DNA of 64,000 nt. It comes from an uncultured virus (IMG/VR IMGVR_UViG_3300029787_000026). Lineage: Duplodnaviria > Heunggongvirae > Uroviricota > Caudoviricetes > Crassvirales. Where the stretch lies: IMG/VR virus record IMGVR_UViG_3300029787_000026; one strand, written 5' to 3'. Positions 6,127-15,980 of this stretch are shown piece by piece. Below the pieces are notes generated by a model that had not been told where the DNA came from, did no database searches, and saw only the letters and a program-made list of their open reading frames with translations. Within the stretch, counting starts at the first letter, position 1; each line of letters starts with the position of its first letter. The translations under genes were made by a program, and so were the position numbers.

Positions 6127-7827
6127 ATGGCAATAAATTTTTTAAACACTCTACAGTTTAACAACAACGAATCGTTAAACTTTAGACTACAAAATCTTGG
6201 GACAGATCCAACCACTGATCTACAAGAAGGTAGATTATACTACCATGATACTGACGACGTCGTAAAGGTATATACTATAGACGCTGGAGGAAACGGAGCT
6301 TGGGTTGAAGTAGGTGGCGGAGTAACAAGTGTTGGCGCCTCTATTGATGGTGACGCGGTAGCAATATCAAATTCACCTATAACAAGTAGTGGTACTATAG
6401 CTTTTAATTTTCAAGGAGATAATACTGAGTATATTGATGGTCAAGGAGATCTAGTAAGTTTCCCAACCATACCATCAGTACCTAGCAATATAGTAGAGAC
6501 ATTTAGTAATAGTAATGGTACATACGTATCGGCTACAACAGAGAATAGCTCAGCAACAGGTGATGTAAGTGTTGGTACTCTAGATCTTTCAGCTGTAGAC
6601 GCTACTGGTGCTGCTGCCTCATCACTTAGATTTTTAAGTAAAGACAACGAATGGATTGTTCCAGCTTATACATCTTCAGGTATAGGTGGTAGTGGTACTG
6701 TTAACAGAATGGCTAAATTTACGCCAGATGGATCTAATATAGGTAATTCCACAATGACTGATAATGGAACCGATGTTAGCATAACAGGTAACTTTAGCAT
6801 TGGAGGTGGAAAACTTACAACTAATTCCGTAGTAACATTTGATTACTCTGGTAGTGGTGATCTAGTAATTGGTGATTTTGATGGTGGTGATGAAGTAAGT
6901 AAGCTAGAATTAAAAACAATGGGTCTAGTACTTGTTGAACTTACAGATGATGAATACGTAAACAAAGCTAGTGAAGTTACTTTTGAGAACGAAGTTAATA
7001 TACCTTTAGTTCCTACAGATACTACGCATGCTACATCTAAGCAATATGTTGATGGTTTAGTTTCCGGTGGTTTAACATTCAAAGGAACATTTAGAGCTGA
7101 TAGTGGTTTAATATTATCAGGCTCTGATTCTGGATCATATTTATATAACTGCCCAGGTGGAGCAGGCACTAGAATAGCTGTTGCTGTTGGAGACTACTAT
7201 GTGGTTGCAACTAGTGGTGGTTCTTTCTATTGTTCAGGTGATACACTAGATATTGGTGATTCAATTATAGGTGTAACTGCAGCTGCCGCAAGCGCTTCAA
7301 CTTCAGCTAACTGGTCGATTGTTCAGTCTGATGAGGGTGTTACTGATATTAACTCTGCTGACGGAACAGCTTCTACAGGTGAAGCAATTACAGGTAACAC
7401 AAGCGCAACAGGATCTGTAACACTAAATGTATTTGAATATGCTGGAACTACAAATGTGGGTTATGTGCCCTCAGGTGGTTCTTCTACTACGTTCTTACGT
7501 GGTGATGGTACTTGGGTTACTCCAAGCGCAGGGGCTTTAGGTGCTAAAGTAGGTTTAGATGCAGCTAATGATGGTGTTGGTAATCAAACTAGCGCACCAA
7601 CAGGAACAACAGGTTGGCAGATAGATGTTAGCGATAATGCTTTATTTGGTTCGAACGTTGATGCTGTAGATGTTAAAATTGAAGTTATACAAAAAGAAAC
7701 TGATGGTGGAGCAACTGTTTATCCATCTGTTACAAGAGCTAACGAGTTTATAACAGTTAATTTTACCAACTTACCATCCGCACCAAGTGCTGGAGATTAT
7801 ATAGCTTTACTTACTAAAGTTGGTTAA
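6127..7827 (+). CDS. Tail fibre protein
   Basis: ATSKQYVD and FLRGDGTW fibre motifs; G/S/T-rich. Confidence 0.75.
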   Translation: MAINFLNTLQFNNNESLNFRLQNLGTDPTTDLQEGRLYYHDTDDVVKVYTIDAGGNGAWVEVGGGVTSVGASIDGDAVAISNSPITSSGTIAFNFQGDNTEYIDGQGDLVSFPTIPSVPSNIVETFSNSNGTYVSATTENSSATGDVSVGTLDLSAVDATGAAASSLRFLSKDNEWIVPAYTSSGIGGSGTVNRMAKFTPDGSNIGNSTMTDNGTDVSITGNFSIGGGKLTTNSVVTFDYSGSGDLVIGDFDGGDEVSKLELKTMGLVLVELTDDEYVNKASEVTFENEVNIPLVPTDTTHATSKQYVDGLVSGGLTFKGTFRADSGLILSGSDSGSYLYNCPGGAGTRIAVAVGDYYVVATSGGSFYCSGDTLDIGDSIIGVTAAAASASTSANWSIVQSDEGVTDINSADGTASTGEAITGNTSATGSVTLNVFEYAGTTNVGYVPSGGSSTTFLRGDGTWVTPSAGALGAKVGLDAANDGVGNQTSAPTGTTGWQIDVSDNALFGSNVDAVDVKIEVIQKETDGGATVYPSVTRANEFITVNFTNLPSAPSAGDYIALLTKVG

Positions 7828-7843
7828 AAACTAATTTAATTAT

Positions 7844-10303
7844 ATGTCAATAGGATTATTAAACAATTCAAATGTTTACGGATCACTGTTAGTGTATCCA
7901 GAACAAAATAGTACCTTATCTACTTATACGTTTAAAGGTGAGGTAGATGATAATCTTATAAAGATAGGTGGTTTTGCTAATTCAACTGGTTACTCAGGTG
8001 TAGTTGAAGGTATAAAAATACTACCGCAGAATAGCCACTACATAACAAGGGTCACACCAAGATTTGAGGTGTGGCCTTATGAGCCAGTAGCTGATACTGT
8101 TGTAAATACTTACAGCACTGCTTTTTTTGGTTCCTCATTAATTGTTGGTAGTGAAAACACTAGCATTGGTGATGCTGCTTCTACGAATTTAGCTATTGTA
8201 GGATTCAACAACACGTTGAGTGGTGATAAAATGCTAGTAGTTGGACAAGGTAATACAGTTAGGGGTAGTAACGTTTCATCTTTACTAGTTGGTACTACTA
8301 ACACGTTAACTTCGCCTGGAGCTATAATAAACTCAGGTGTGTTTGGTCAAAATCACGGTATTAGCCACAGTGTAACTAGAAGTATTTATAGCGGTATAAA
8401 TAACCAAACAACTGGCAACGCTACAAATGTTTTAATAGCTGGTTCTGGCTTATCAATTAGTGGTAACAACAGCTCTGTGTTTGGCGCTAACAACGAAATA
8501 AAAAGTGCTAGTAATGCTTTAGCTGGTGGGTTTAATAATGAAATAAAAAACAATTCAAGTTCAAGTAATATAAATTATTACGGCACAGTAATGTTTGGTT
8601 GGAGTAATAGCTCTCAAAACGATTCTAGCTCTACTAATAATACTAAATCTTCACTTATAGTAGGTAGAAACAATCAAATGAGACCAAACTCAAAAGGAGC
8701 TATAGAAAGTATGATTGTAGGCGGTTATAATAATTACGCCTACGCTGGGGCTGATAGAGGTTTAATTGTTGGATCTAACAATGTTATTATTGGTAATGGA
8801 TCCTTTACAAGTCAAGACAGTCCTGATGTTTCGGTTTTTGATTCATCAATAGTTGCAGGTAACGCAAACTACGTAGATGCAATAGATAGTATACTTGTAG
8901 GTAGAGCTAATGGCGAATTGCAATCTGGTGGTGGCGCTAATACTTACTACCCTATACGAGGAAAAGAACTACTTATAATAGGTAATAATCATACATCTAA
9001 CAGTGATAGCACTAAAGGTTGTTTTGCTATTGGAAATAATGTAACAATAAACAGTGGGGCTAATTCAGTAGGATTTATAGGGGCAAATATGTCTGGTGGT
9101 GGTAGCAACAGTTTATATGTAGGTAACAGCCACTCTGGTAGTAATAATAATTCACTTATTAGTGGAGCCAACAATAACGCAAATACCACAAGCACAACTG
9201 GTAGCACATCTCAAATATGCTTAATAAGCGGTAGAGGGAATACTAACAGAGGAACATTAAACTTTATACTAGGTGCTAGCAATAGCGTATATGGTAGTAA
9301 TACCGGTAACAACTTTTCAATAGGTAACGCAAATGTAACTGGTATACCCGGAACTAGTGGACCAACACTTACTAATAAAACAGTAGTAATAGGTTTTAAT
9401 AACACTTGTCAAAAAAATCAAAAAATACTAATAGGTAAAAATTTAATTCAATCTACCAGTTACAATACAGGTACTGGAGATGATTGTGTTATACTAGGAG
9501 AAAGTAATGATTATACAAATTCTCACTATGACAAAACAGGACTATCCCCTGCTTTTATTGTCGGAGCTTCTACTTCAAGTGGCTCAACCACAAGAAGAGA
9601 TGGTTTAATAATAACAAACAGAACTAGTAGTACTAAAGAAAGCTGTGTTATACTACCTACGGTAGGTAAAAACCACAACTACCCTAACGACGCTTCAGCA
9701 GCTATAGGTGGTGTACCACTATATGGTGTATATCATACCGATGGTGATCTTAAAATAAGATTAACATCTGACACTGGTTTTACGTCATATAGCAGTAGCA
9801 CACGTGAAACAACTCAATCAAATGCATGTGCTGGAACAGCTAACCAAACCTACTATCACTCTGGAACATCTACATATCCTGTAGTAGGTGATACATGTAT
9901 GTCCAGAAGTGGATCAGGCACTGGTAATTATACTTTTACAAAACTAATGGGAGGTTGGTACTTATTAGGAAACGCAGGATTAATACAAATAAATTCAGTA
10001 GGCGTAATGATTGCCTCAGCGTCATGTCCTAATGAACTAATAGATTTTGAAGCTACCGCTAGCAATTTCAACGGTATATGCGCATTTGGAACTAGTTTGC
10101 CGGTTCCAACTACAACATACTACCACGATGGTGAAGGTACTTTCCCTGTAGCTGGTGAAAAAATGTTTACTAATTCTACTGGTACTACTCCAGCATCTGC
10201 AGGTTACTACTACTTATATGACGCTGGCTGTGACAATGTATACGTAAGAATTACAGCTAGTGACGGAACCGTGCTAGAGCAAACTCAATGTACAGTGTGT
10301 TAA
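7844..10303 (+). CDS. Tail spike/fibre with long beta-roll repeat region and Cys-containing C-terminal repeats
   Basis: Many [IVF]GxxN repeats; two TYYHxG..[YF]PVxG[DE] modules. Confidence 0.75.
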   Translation: MSIGLLNNSNVYGSLLVYPEQNSTLSTYTFKGEVDDNLIKIGGFANSTGYSGVVEGIKILPQNSHYITRVTPRFEVWPYEPVADTVVNTYSTAFFGSSLIVGSENTSIGDAASTNLAIVGFNNTLSGDKMLVVGQGNTVRGSNVSSLLVGTTNTLTSPGAIINSGVFGQNHGISHSVTRSIYSGINNQTTGNATNVLIAGSGLSISGNNSSVFGANNEIKSASNALAGGFNNEIKNNSSSSNINYYGTVMFGWSNSSQNDSSSTNNTKSSLIVGRNNQMRPNSKGAIESMIVGGYNNYAYAGADRGLIVGSNNVIIGNGSFTSQDSPDVSVFDSSIVAGNANYVDAIDSILVGRANGELQSGGGANTYYPIRGKELLIIGNNHTSNSDSTKGCFAIGNNVTINSGANSVGFIGANMSGGGSNSLYVGNSHSGSNNNSLISGANNNANTTSTTGSTSQICLISGRGNTNRGTLNFILGASNSVYGSNTGNNFSIGNANVTGIPGTSGPTLTNKTVVIGFNNTCQKNQKILIGKNLIQSTSYNTGTGDDCVILGESNDYTNSHYDKTGLSPAFIVGASTSSGSTTRRDGLIITNRTSSTKESCVILPTVGKNHNYPNDASAAIGGVPLYGVYHTDGDLKIRLTSDTGFTSYSSSTRETTQSNACAGTANQTYYHSGTSTYPVVGDTCMSRSGSGTGNYTFTKLMGGWYLLGNAGLIQINSVGVMIASASCPNELIDFEATASNFNGICAFGTSLPVPTTTYYHDGEGTFPVAGEKMFTNSTGTTPASAGYYYLYDAGCDNVYVRITASDGTVLEQTQCTVC

Positions 10304-10305
10304 GA

Positions 10306-10334
10306 GTAAAAATACTTTAAAACAAGTGATGATA
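10306..10334 (+). promoter_or_regulatory. Class II promoter GTAAA-N15-GTGATGATA
   Basis: Intergenic, upstream of the chaperonin operon. Confidence 0.6.
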
Positions 10335-10391
10335 AGAATATACCTGCTCGGTTAGAGCGCATAACCAAAGTTTAATTTAAAACCAAAACCG

Positions 10392-10682
10392 ATGACTTAT
10401 TTTTATTATAAGACCAACACCTGGGGTAACTCCAACCCACAGGTATCCGAGGAAACCAAAGACTTTTGGAAACACCTTGTAGAAAAAAAGAATTGGAGAA
10501 TTGTTCAACTACCTAATGGTTTTTATCAAACTGAGTATAAAGATTTAGAAGATACTTGGATTGATGTTACAAGACGAGAAACATTAGAAAGTGCTGAAGC
10601 TGCTATAGATGGTAGCATAGAGCATTACACTAAAAAACTTGACTTTATAAAAGGACCTAAAGTAGTTAAAACCTTTGAATAG
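10392..10682 (+). CDS. Hypothetical protein preceding groEL
   Basis: 96-aa ORF with A-rich leader. Confidence 0.75.
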   Translation: MTYFYYKTNTWGNSNPQVSEETKDFWKHLVEKKNWRIVQLPNGFYQTEYKDLEDTWIDVTRRETLESAEAAIDGSIEHYTKKLDFIKGPKVVKTFE

Positions 10683-10708
10683 TAAATTAAATAAAATCTA
10701 ATTAAATT

Positions 10709-12262
10709 ATGTCAGATAAGATTGTAAAAAATCTTAACTTTGGTGATGAAGCCAAAGAAAAGATATTCAACGGTATAGATAAACTCACTAAAGCTGTTAG
10801 CTCCACTCTTGGGGCTAGCGGCCAGTGTGTTATACTGGAGAATCAAAACGGAAAACCTATTATAACAAAAGACGGTGTAACTGTTGCAGAGTCTATTGTT
10901 TTGTTAGACCCTGTAGAAAATATGGGTGCTACACTGCTAAAGCAAGCTGCTAAACAAACAGTACAAGAAGCAGGTGATGGAACAACTACCGCGACAGTAT
11001 TAGCTCATGCTATATTACATGAAGCTAGTAAAAAAGAAGGTAGTGTAAGAGAAATAAAAGAAGGTATTAACGATGCTGTTAATCAAGTTATAGAATACTT
11101 AGAAGACAATGCGATAAAAGTATCTGGAGATACTATTGATCAAGTTGCTACAATATCTACTAACAACGATGAAAAGTTAGGTAAAATAATAGGTAAAGCT
11201 TTTAAAGCTGTAAATGAAACAGGAGTTGTTATAATGGAACCAACTACACATAATGAAACTAGTGTAGAAATTGTAGACGGTGTTCAATATAATAAAGGCC
11301 TTATAAATGATAACTTTATTACTAGTAAAGAAAAAAGAGTTGCTGAGTTAGAAAACCCTTGGGTGTTAATAATTGAGTCACCAGTAAACACTATTAGACA
11401 AATACAAAGTGTGTTAGAGTTTGTAATAAAAAATAACAAACCTCTACTTATTATAGGTGATTTAGAACCACCAGTGGTATCAGCACTTGCTATGAATAAA
11501 GTAAAAGGAAATATAAAAATTAATGTTGTTAATGCTCCTACTTATGGTATTAATAAAAAAGACACACTTAATGATCTTTCAATATTAACTGGAGCTACAG
11601 TTATAAACGAAGAGCTAGGTGATGATTTAACTATTATACAACAAGAGCATTTAGGACAATGTATAAAAAGCAGTACGAATGATAACGAAACTATTATACA
11701 AGTTGATACATCTAATAGCGAGGTTCAAGAGTTGGTTAAAGAAGTTAAAAAACAACTGGAAGAAGCTGGTAGCCCAGGTGAAATCATTCAGCTTGAAAAA
11801 CGCCTTGCTCGTCTCTCCGCTAAAGTGGCTGTTGTCAAAGTTGGAGCCAACTCAGAAGTAGAGTTAAAAGAAAAAAGTGATAGAATAGAAGATGCTATAT
11901 GCGCTACAAAAGCAGCTGTTAAAGAAGGTATAGTTGCTGGAGGTGGTGTTGCTTTGTATGATGCTTCTCTTTTTTTAGTAAAAAAATCAGAAGGACATAT
12001 GGCTTTATTAAAAGCTTTAACATATCCTTTTACTACTATATTAGAAAACGCTGGTTTAGTTGACTATAACAAACCAACAGGAAATGGTACTGGTATAAAT
12101 GTAATAACCGGTGATGAAGTAAACATGATAAAAGAAGGTATAGTAGATCCTTTACTTGTAACTAAAAGCGCTTTAAAAAACGCTGCATCAGTTGCAACAA
12201 CTATATTATCTACAGATTGCGTTATTAACAATTTAAGAGTTGGAGATGAAAGCAATAGGTAG
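10709..12262 (+). CDS. groEL: Chaperonin GroEL (phage-encoded)
   Basis: ITKDGVTVA, AGDGTTTATVLA and EGIVAGGG motifs; no C-terminal GGM tail. Confidence 0.97.
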   Translation: MSDKIVKNLNFGDEAKEKIFNGIDKLTKAVSSTLGASGQCVILENQNGKPIITKDGVTVAESIVLLDPVENMGATLLKQAAKQTVQEAGDGTTTATVLAHAILHEASKKEGSVREIKEGINDAVNQVIEYLEDNAIKVSGDTIDQVATISTNNDEKLGKIIGKAFKAVNETGVVIMEPTTHNETSVEIVDGVQYNKGLINDNFITSKEKRVAELENPWVLIIESPVNTIRQIQSVLEFVIKNNKPLLIIGDLEPPVVSALAMNKVKGNIKINVVNAPTYGINKKDTLNDLSILTGATVINEELGDDLTIIQQEHLGQCIKSSTNDNETIIQVDTSNSEVQELVKEVKKQLEEAGSPGEIIQLEKRLARLSAKVAVVKVGANSEVELKEKSDRIEDAICATKAAVKEGIVAGGGVALYDASLFLVKKSEGHMALLKALTYPFTTILENAGLVDYNKPTGNGTGINVITGDEVNMIKEGIVDPLLVTKSALKNAASVATTILSTDCVINNLRVGDESNR

Positions 12263-12506
12263 AAACATTTTAATACAACCAGAAAAACAAGGTACAGAAA
12301 AAACTAAAGGTGGTTTACTTTTAGCTGAACAACAAAGGGTAGATATAAGATACCAAAAAGGTTTAGTTGTAAGTGTAGGAGATGTGGTTTGTGGTATTAA
12401 AGAAAACGATAAAATATTCTACGATAAAAGCGCTAATCATAAAATTGATATAGATGGTGAAAATTATTGCATTGTAAAAGATACTGATGTAGTAATTGTG
12501 ATATGA
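12246..12506 (+). CDS. groES: Co-chaperonin GroES
   Basis: KTKGGLLL mobile loop, GxVVSVG; overlaps the groEL end; ATG at 12246. Confidence 0.9.
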   Translation: MKAIGRNILIQPEKQGTEKTKGGLLLAEQQRVDIRYQKGLVVSVGDVVCGIKENDKIFYDKSANHKIDIDGENYCIVKDTDVVIVI

Positions 12507-12949
12507 GAAGATTAGAGCCAGATAATTTAAAAGAATTAAATTTATTAAAACATTATAGGATAATCCGAAAGTGGGCGTGCAAAAGTTATAATTTAACAGA
12601 TGCAGAGTTTGAACTCTTAATATATCTTGATTGTTTAGACATGTTCACCAGGCATGATTTTGAAATAGGTACATACTCTTTTAGCTGGAACAATAGACGC
12701 TGGAACAAGTTGCTGAATAATGATTGGATAAAAGTCTTTAGACATAATAACCGAACAACTCAGAAATACAACATTTATAAAGTTTCATTTAAGTGTAAGC
12801 AGTTAATTAAAAGAGTGTACCGTATTATGCTTGGGTTAGAAGATATACCCACAAGTGAAAAAAGAAACCCTATAATGAAAGGTAAAAGATATATAGATAA
12901 AGTTATGATAACATCTATATATAACGTAAACAAAGATAAAAACAGATAA
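12503..12949 (+). CDS. Hypothetical protein, possible winged-helix fold
   Basis: YNLTDAEFELLIYL helix pattern reminiscent of MarR-like proteins. Confidence 0.55.
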   Translation: MRRLEPDNLKELNLLKHYRIIRKWACKSYNLTDAEFELLIYLDCLDMFTRHDFEIGTYSFSWNNRRWNKLLNNDWIKVFRHNNRTTQKYNIYKVSFKCKQLIKRVYRIMLGLEDIPTSEKRNPIMKGKRYIDKVMITSIYNVNKDKNR

Positions 12950-12952
12950 ACT

Positions 12953-13471
12953 ATGGGATCAGGAAGTGGTAGCCTTGCAGGTAGCGTGGTCAATTTTTCG
13001 CGAGCTAAAAAAGCTAGTAGGGACTTAAGTAGTCTTTCTATGGACCAGCTCCAAGGTCATTTACAGGGTTTAAGCGGTATGAATAAGTCGCTTTTAAACA
13101 GAAGAGGTGGTAGAGGTTTAACTTCAATGTTTACAAATGAAATTAACAGAAGAAAAGCTTTGCAGCAAACTCAAGGTATGCAAGGTGTTAATGATAACAT
13201 TAGTGGACTAGGTGAAAGAGTTTCTAACTTAGAAGCTGATATACAGGAATTACAAGGTGGTGATAGTGGAGACGCTGTAGCTGAAGGTATAACACCTCCG
13301 CCTAATCCAGCCCCGTTACCAGAAGCAACAGCTCCAGTAAACACTGGAATGCCAGGTCAACAAAGAGCGTACAAAAGACCTTCATTTAGCCCTTTTGGTC
13401 CGCAAGCTGGACTTACTATGCAATCTATTTACGGTACAGAAGAACAAAGAAACAAATCAATAAAAAGATAA
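12953..13471 (+). CDS. Low-complexity hypothetical protein, putative internal virion protein
   Basis: G/Q/P-rich; shares an A..T..SIYG motif with the next ORF. Confidence 0.6.
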   Translation: MGSGSGSLAGSVVNFSRAKKASRDLSSLSMDQLQGHLQGLSGMNKSLLNRRGGRGLTSMFTNEINRRKALQQTQGMQGVNDNISGLGERVSNLEADIQELQGGDSGDAVAEGITPPPNPAPLPEATAPVNTGMPGQQRAYKRPSFSPFGPQAGLTMQSIYGTEEQRNKSIKR

Positions 13472-13473
13472 CT

Positions 13474-14277
13474 ATGCCACATAAACATAACTTAAAAAAG
13501 AAAGGCTTCAGGCAAATGAGTATGGAAGCAGATCCTTATAGCTTAGGCGCAGATAATAATAATTTTAGTGCTGGTGCTCAAGGCACTGCAGAGTCTATAT
13601 ATGGAAATCCACAAGGCGCGATGATGGTTGCACCTGTTGAATTAAAACAAACCGACTCAAGTCAATATCAACAAGTGGCAATGCCAAAGCAAACTAGCAC
13701 GCCACCTTTAACTAACAAGGTTGCGCCGGTTAGCGTAATGGCTAGTAATTATGCTGGCGTTACTCCTGTAAATAGTACAGCAACAGGTGGAGCACCAGGT
13801 CCTGATGTTGATTACTTTACCCCTAGTGATATGGATAAATCCAAACAAGACCAAGGTGAGGAAAAAGGATTGTTTGATCAAGCAGCTCAATTATTTAAAC
13901 CAGGTGCTCTGCTAGGTAAAAGAACAGATCAAAGTTTTGAGAATAAAATTGATAAAGCTAAAGGTCAAGGTCGTCATGCGCAAGTTGCTAGATTAGAAAA
14001 AAGATATAAAAAATTTAGTGCTCTTCAAGATTACAAAGCTGCTAAAACAAATCAAAGTCATTTAAAAAAAGAAGATAGAACTGGTTTGGCAACACAAAAA
14101 AGAAAAGACGTTGTTAAAGACGCGTTGTCAGGTCCAGTACCAAAAACCGCTGCTAAAGTTAAAAATACCACGTTTAAAGCATCTCCAGAAATGCAAGGCC
14201 TGATGGATAAAAGTGCTAAAGGAGAATTGTTTAAAACAAAATCAATATCGGAGTTGGGATCTTTATTTAAAATTTAA
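13474..14277 (+). CDS. Low-complexity basic hypothetical protein, putative internal virion protein
   Basis: 267-aa ORF, disordered composition. Confidence 0.6.
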   Translation: MPHKHNLKKKGFRQMSMEADPYSLGADNNNFSAGAQGTAESIYGNPQGAMMVAPVELKQTDSSQYQQVAMPKQTSTPPLTNKVAPVSVMASNYAGVTPVNSTATGGAPGPDVDYFTPSDMDKSKQDQGEEKGLFDQAAQLFKPGALLGKRTDQSFENKIDKAKGQGRHAQVARLEKRYKKFSALQDYKAAKTNQSHLKKEDRTGLATQKRKDVVKDALSGPVPKTAAKVKNTTFKASPEMQGLMDKSAKGELFKTKSISELGSLFKI

Positions 14278-14288
14278 AAATTAAAATT

Positions 14289-14504
14289 ATGGCAAATCAT
14301 TATAAAAATGACCCACACGCAGAAATGCACGGCAAAGGAAAAGTAGGTATAGTAGGTGAATCTTATATATGGGACGGACCACTAGATCAGCAAGGTAGAT
14401 TACACGCTCCAGGTTGGAGTGCAGGTATAACAGGTATGCAAATATCAAAGTATCCTAGTAAATATATAGCTGGACCTATTACTACTATTGCTAAAATGGG
14501 TTAA
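14289..14504 (+). CDS. Small hypothetical protein
   Basis: 71 aa; TAATG coupling to the amidase gene. Confidence 0.65.
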   Translation: MANHYKNDPHAEMHGKGKVGIVGESYIWDGPLDQQGRLHAPGWSAGITGMQISKYPSKYIAGPITTIAKMG

Positions 14505-14914
14505 TGAGGGATATAGACAAAATCATTATACATTGCTCTGCTACACAAGAAGGTAAAGAAATATCTGCAGCTACAATAGATAAATGGCACAAAGCTAGAG
14601 GGTGGCGTGGTATAGGTTATCATTTTGTTGTTGCGCTTGATGGTACTATTGAATATGGAAGAGCTTTAAATAAAGTGGGAGCTCACGTAAAAGGGCATAA
14701 TAAAAGTAGTATAGGAATTTGTTATATTGGAGGTTTAGATTCAGTCTCTAAGACTGCAAAAGATACTAGAACACCAGAACAAATAGCTACACTGCTTGAA
14801 CTATTAAGAGTATTAAAAAAGCTACATCCTGGGGTAACAATACATGGTCACAATGAATTTGCGGCTAAATCTTGCCCTTGTTTTGATGTTCAAGCTGAAT
14901 ATTGTAATTTATAA
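14504..14914 (+). CDS. Endolysin, N-acetylmuramoyl-L-alanine amidase (T7 lysozyme-like)
   Basis: IIIHCSAT, IGYH, GAHVKGHN, HGHNEF..KSCPCF zinc-amidase motifs. Confidence 0.93.
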   Translation: MRDIDKIIIHCSATQEGKEISAATIDKWHKARGWRGIGYHFVVALDGTIEYGRALNKVGAHVKGHNKSSIGICYIGGLDSVSKTAKDTRTPEQIATLLELLRVLKKLHPGVTIHGHNEFAAKSCPCFDVQAEYCNL

Positions 14915-14916
14915 AA

Positions 14917-15183
14917 ATGGCTAACAAATTTAAGAAATCTGATCTTGCGTGTAATAAGCCCAAGAAAACACCAAGCCACAAAACCAAGTCTCATATAGTT
15001 AAAGCTTGTAAAGATGGTAAAGAGAAGATAATTAGATTTGGCCAGCAAGGCGTGAGCACTGCTGGTAAAAAGAAAGACGCTAAATCAAAAGCAAGACGTA
15101 AAAGCTTTAAAGCTAGACACGCTAAGAATATTGCTAAAGGAGTATTTAGTGCAGCATATTGGGCTAACAAAGTAAAATGGTAA
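14917..15183 (+). CDS. Small basic conserved phage protein
   Basis: IIRFGQQG...RRKSFKARH...SAAYWA motif common in aquatic viruses. Confidence 0.7.
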   Translation: MANKFKKSDLACNKPKKTPSHKTKSHIVKACKDGKEKIIRFGQQGVSTAGKKKDAKSKARRKSFKARHAKNIAKGVFSAAYWANKVKW

Positions 15184-15186
15184 ATC

Positions 15187-15474
15187 ATGGCAAATCAATT
15201 CCCAGAAATAAAAAAAGAAAATCAAGGTAAGTTCACTGCGTGGGTGAAAAAAAATATGAAAGGTAAAGATACCTGTTCAGCCGCTAGTGCGGTCATGGCT
15301 AATAAAGATGACTATAGTAAATCTGTAGTTGAAATGGCTAACTATGCTAATAACTTTGGTTGTAAATCAAAAGGTGGACCTAAGCAAAAATCTGAACCAC
15401 CAAAAGGTAAAAAGAAATTACCTCCGTTTTTAGAGTACGATAAAAATGGTAAGGTTGTAAAAAAGAAAAAGTAA
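15187..15474 (+). CDS. Small basic protein
   Basis: IKKENQGKFT...MANYANNF; GPKQKSEP motif. Confidence 0.65.
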   Translation: MANQFPEIKKENQGKFTAWVKKNMKGKDTCSAASAVMANKDDYSKSVVEMANYANNFGCKSKGGPKQKSEPPKGKKKLPPFLEYDKNGKVVKKKK

Positions 15475-15608
15475 TGGCAAACAAAATAAAAAAGAAAAAA
15501 ACACCTTGCTGGACTGGTTATACTCATATAGTAAACGGTAAAGCTACTTTTAAAAAGAAAGGTGATAGACGTGTGCCTGATTGTAAACCAATTAAAAAAA
15601 AGAAATAA
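15474..15608 (+). CDS. 44-aa Lys-rich protein with CWxGY...KKKG..VPxC motif
   Basis: Manual translation; TAATG overlaps on both sides. Confidence 0.7.
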   Translation: MANKIKKKKTPCWTGYTHIVNGKATFKKKGDRRVPDCKPIKKKK

Positions 15609-15970
15609 TGGCTTTTAAAATGAGAGGACCCGTTATGTATTCTTCTGGAGATTCTGCTAACAGCAGTGTTGAAACTAAGCCTATTGAGCAAGCAACTAAT
15701 TTTATAATTCCAGGAATGGAAGAATATAAAGAACATGTTGCTAATACGCCTAGATTTGAAGAGGGTGGTGGTGTTTTTAGTAAAATAAAAACTTTAGGAC
15801 AAAGGTTTGTTCACAATGTAACTGGACCAACTAATCCACTAATGAACACAGGTGGTGGTGGTTTAGATTTAATAGGTGGTAAAGGCGCTTATAAGTTTCT
15901 TTCTAGAGGATTTGCTAAACTAGCCGCTAAACAAGCAGCAAAAAAAGCTGCTTCAAAACTAACAAACTAA
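15608..15970 (+). CDS. MAFK-leader hypothetical protein
   Basis: Starts MAFKMRGP. Confidence 0.65.
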   Translation: MAFKMRGPVMYSSGDSANSSVETKPIEQATNFIIPGMEEYKEHVANTPRFEEGGGVFSKIKTLGQRFVHNVTGPTNPLMNTGGGGLDLIGGKGAYKFLSRGFAKLAAKQAAKKAASKLTN

Positions 15971-15980
15971 ATTAATAATT

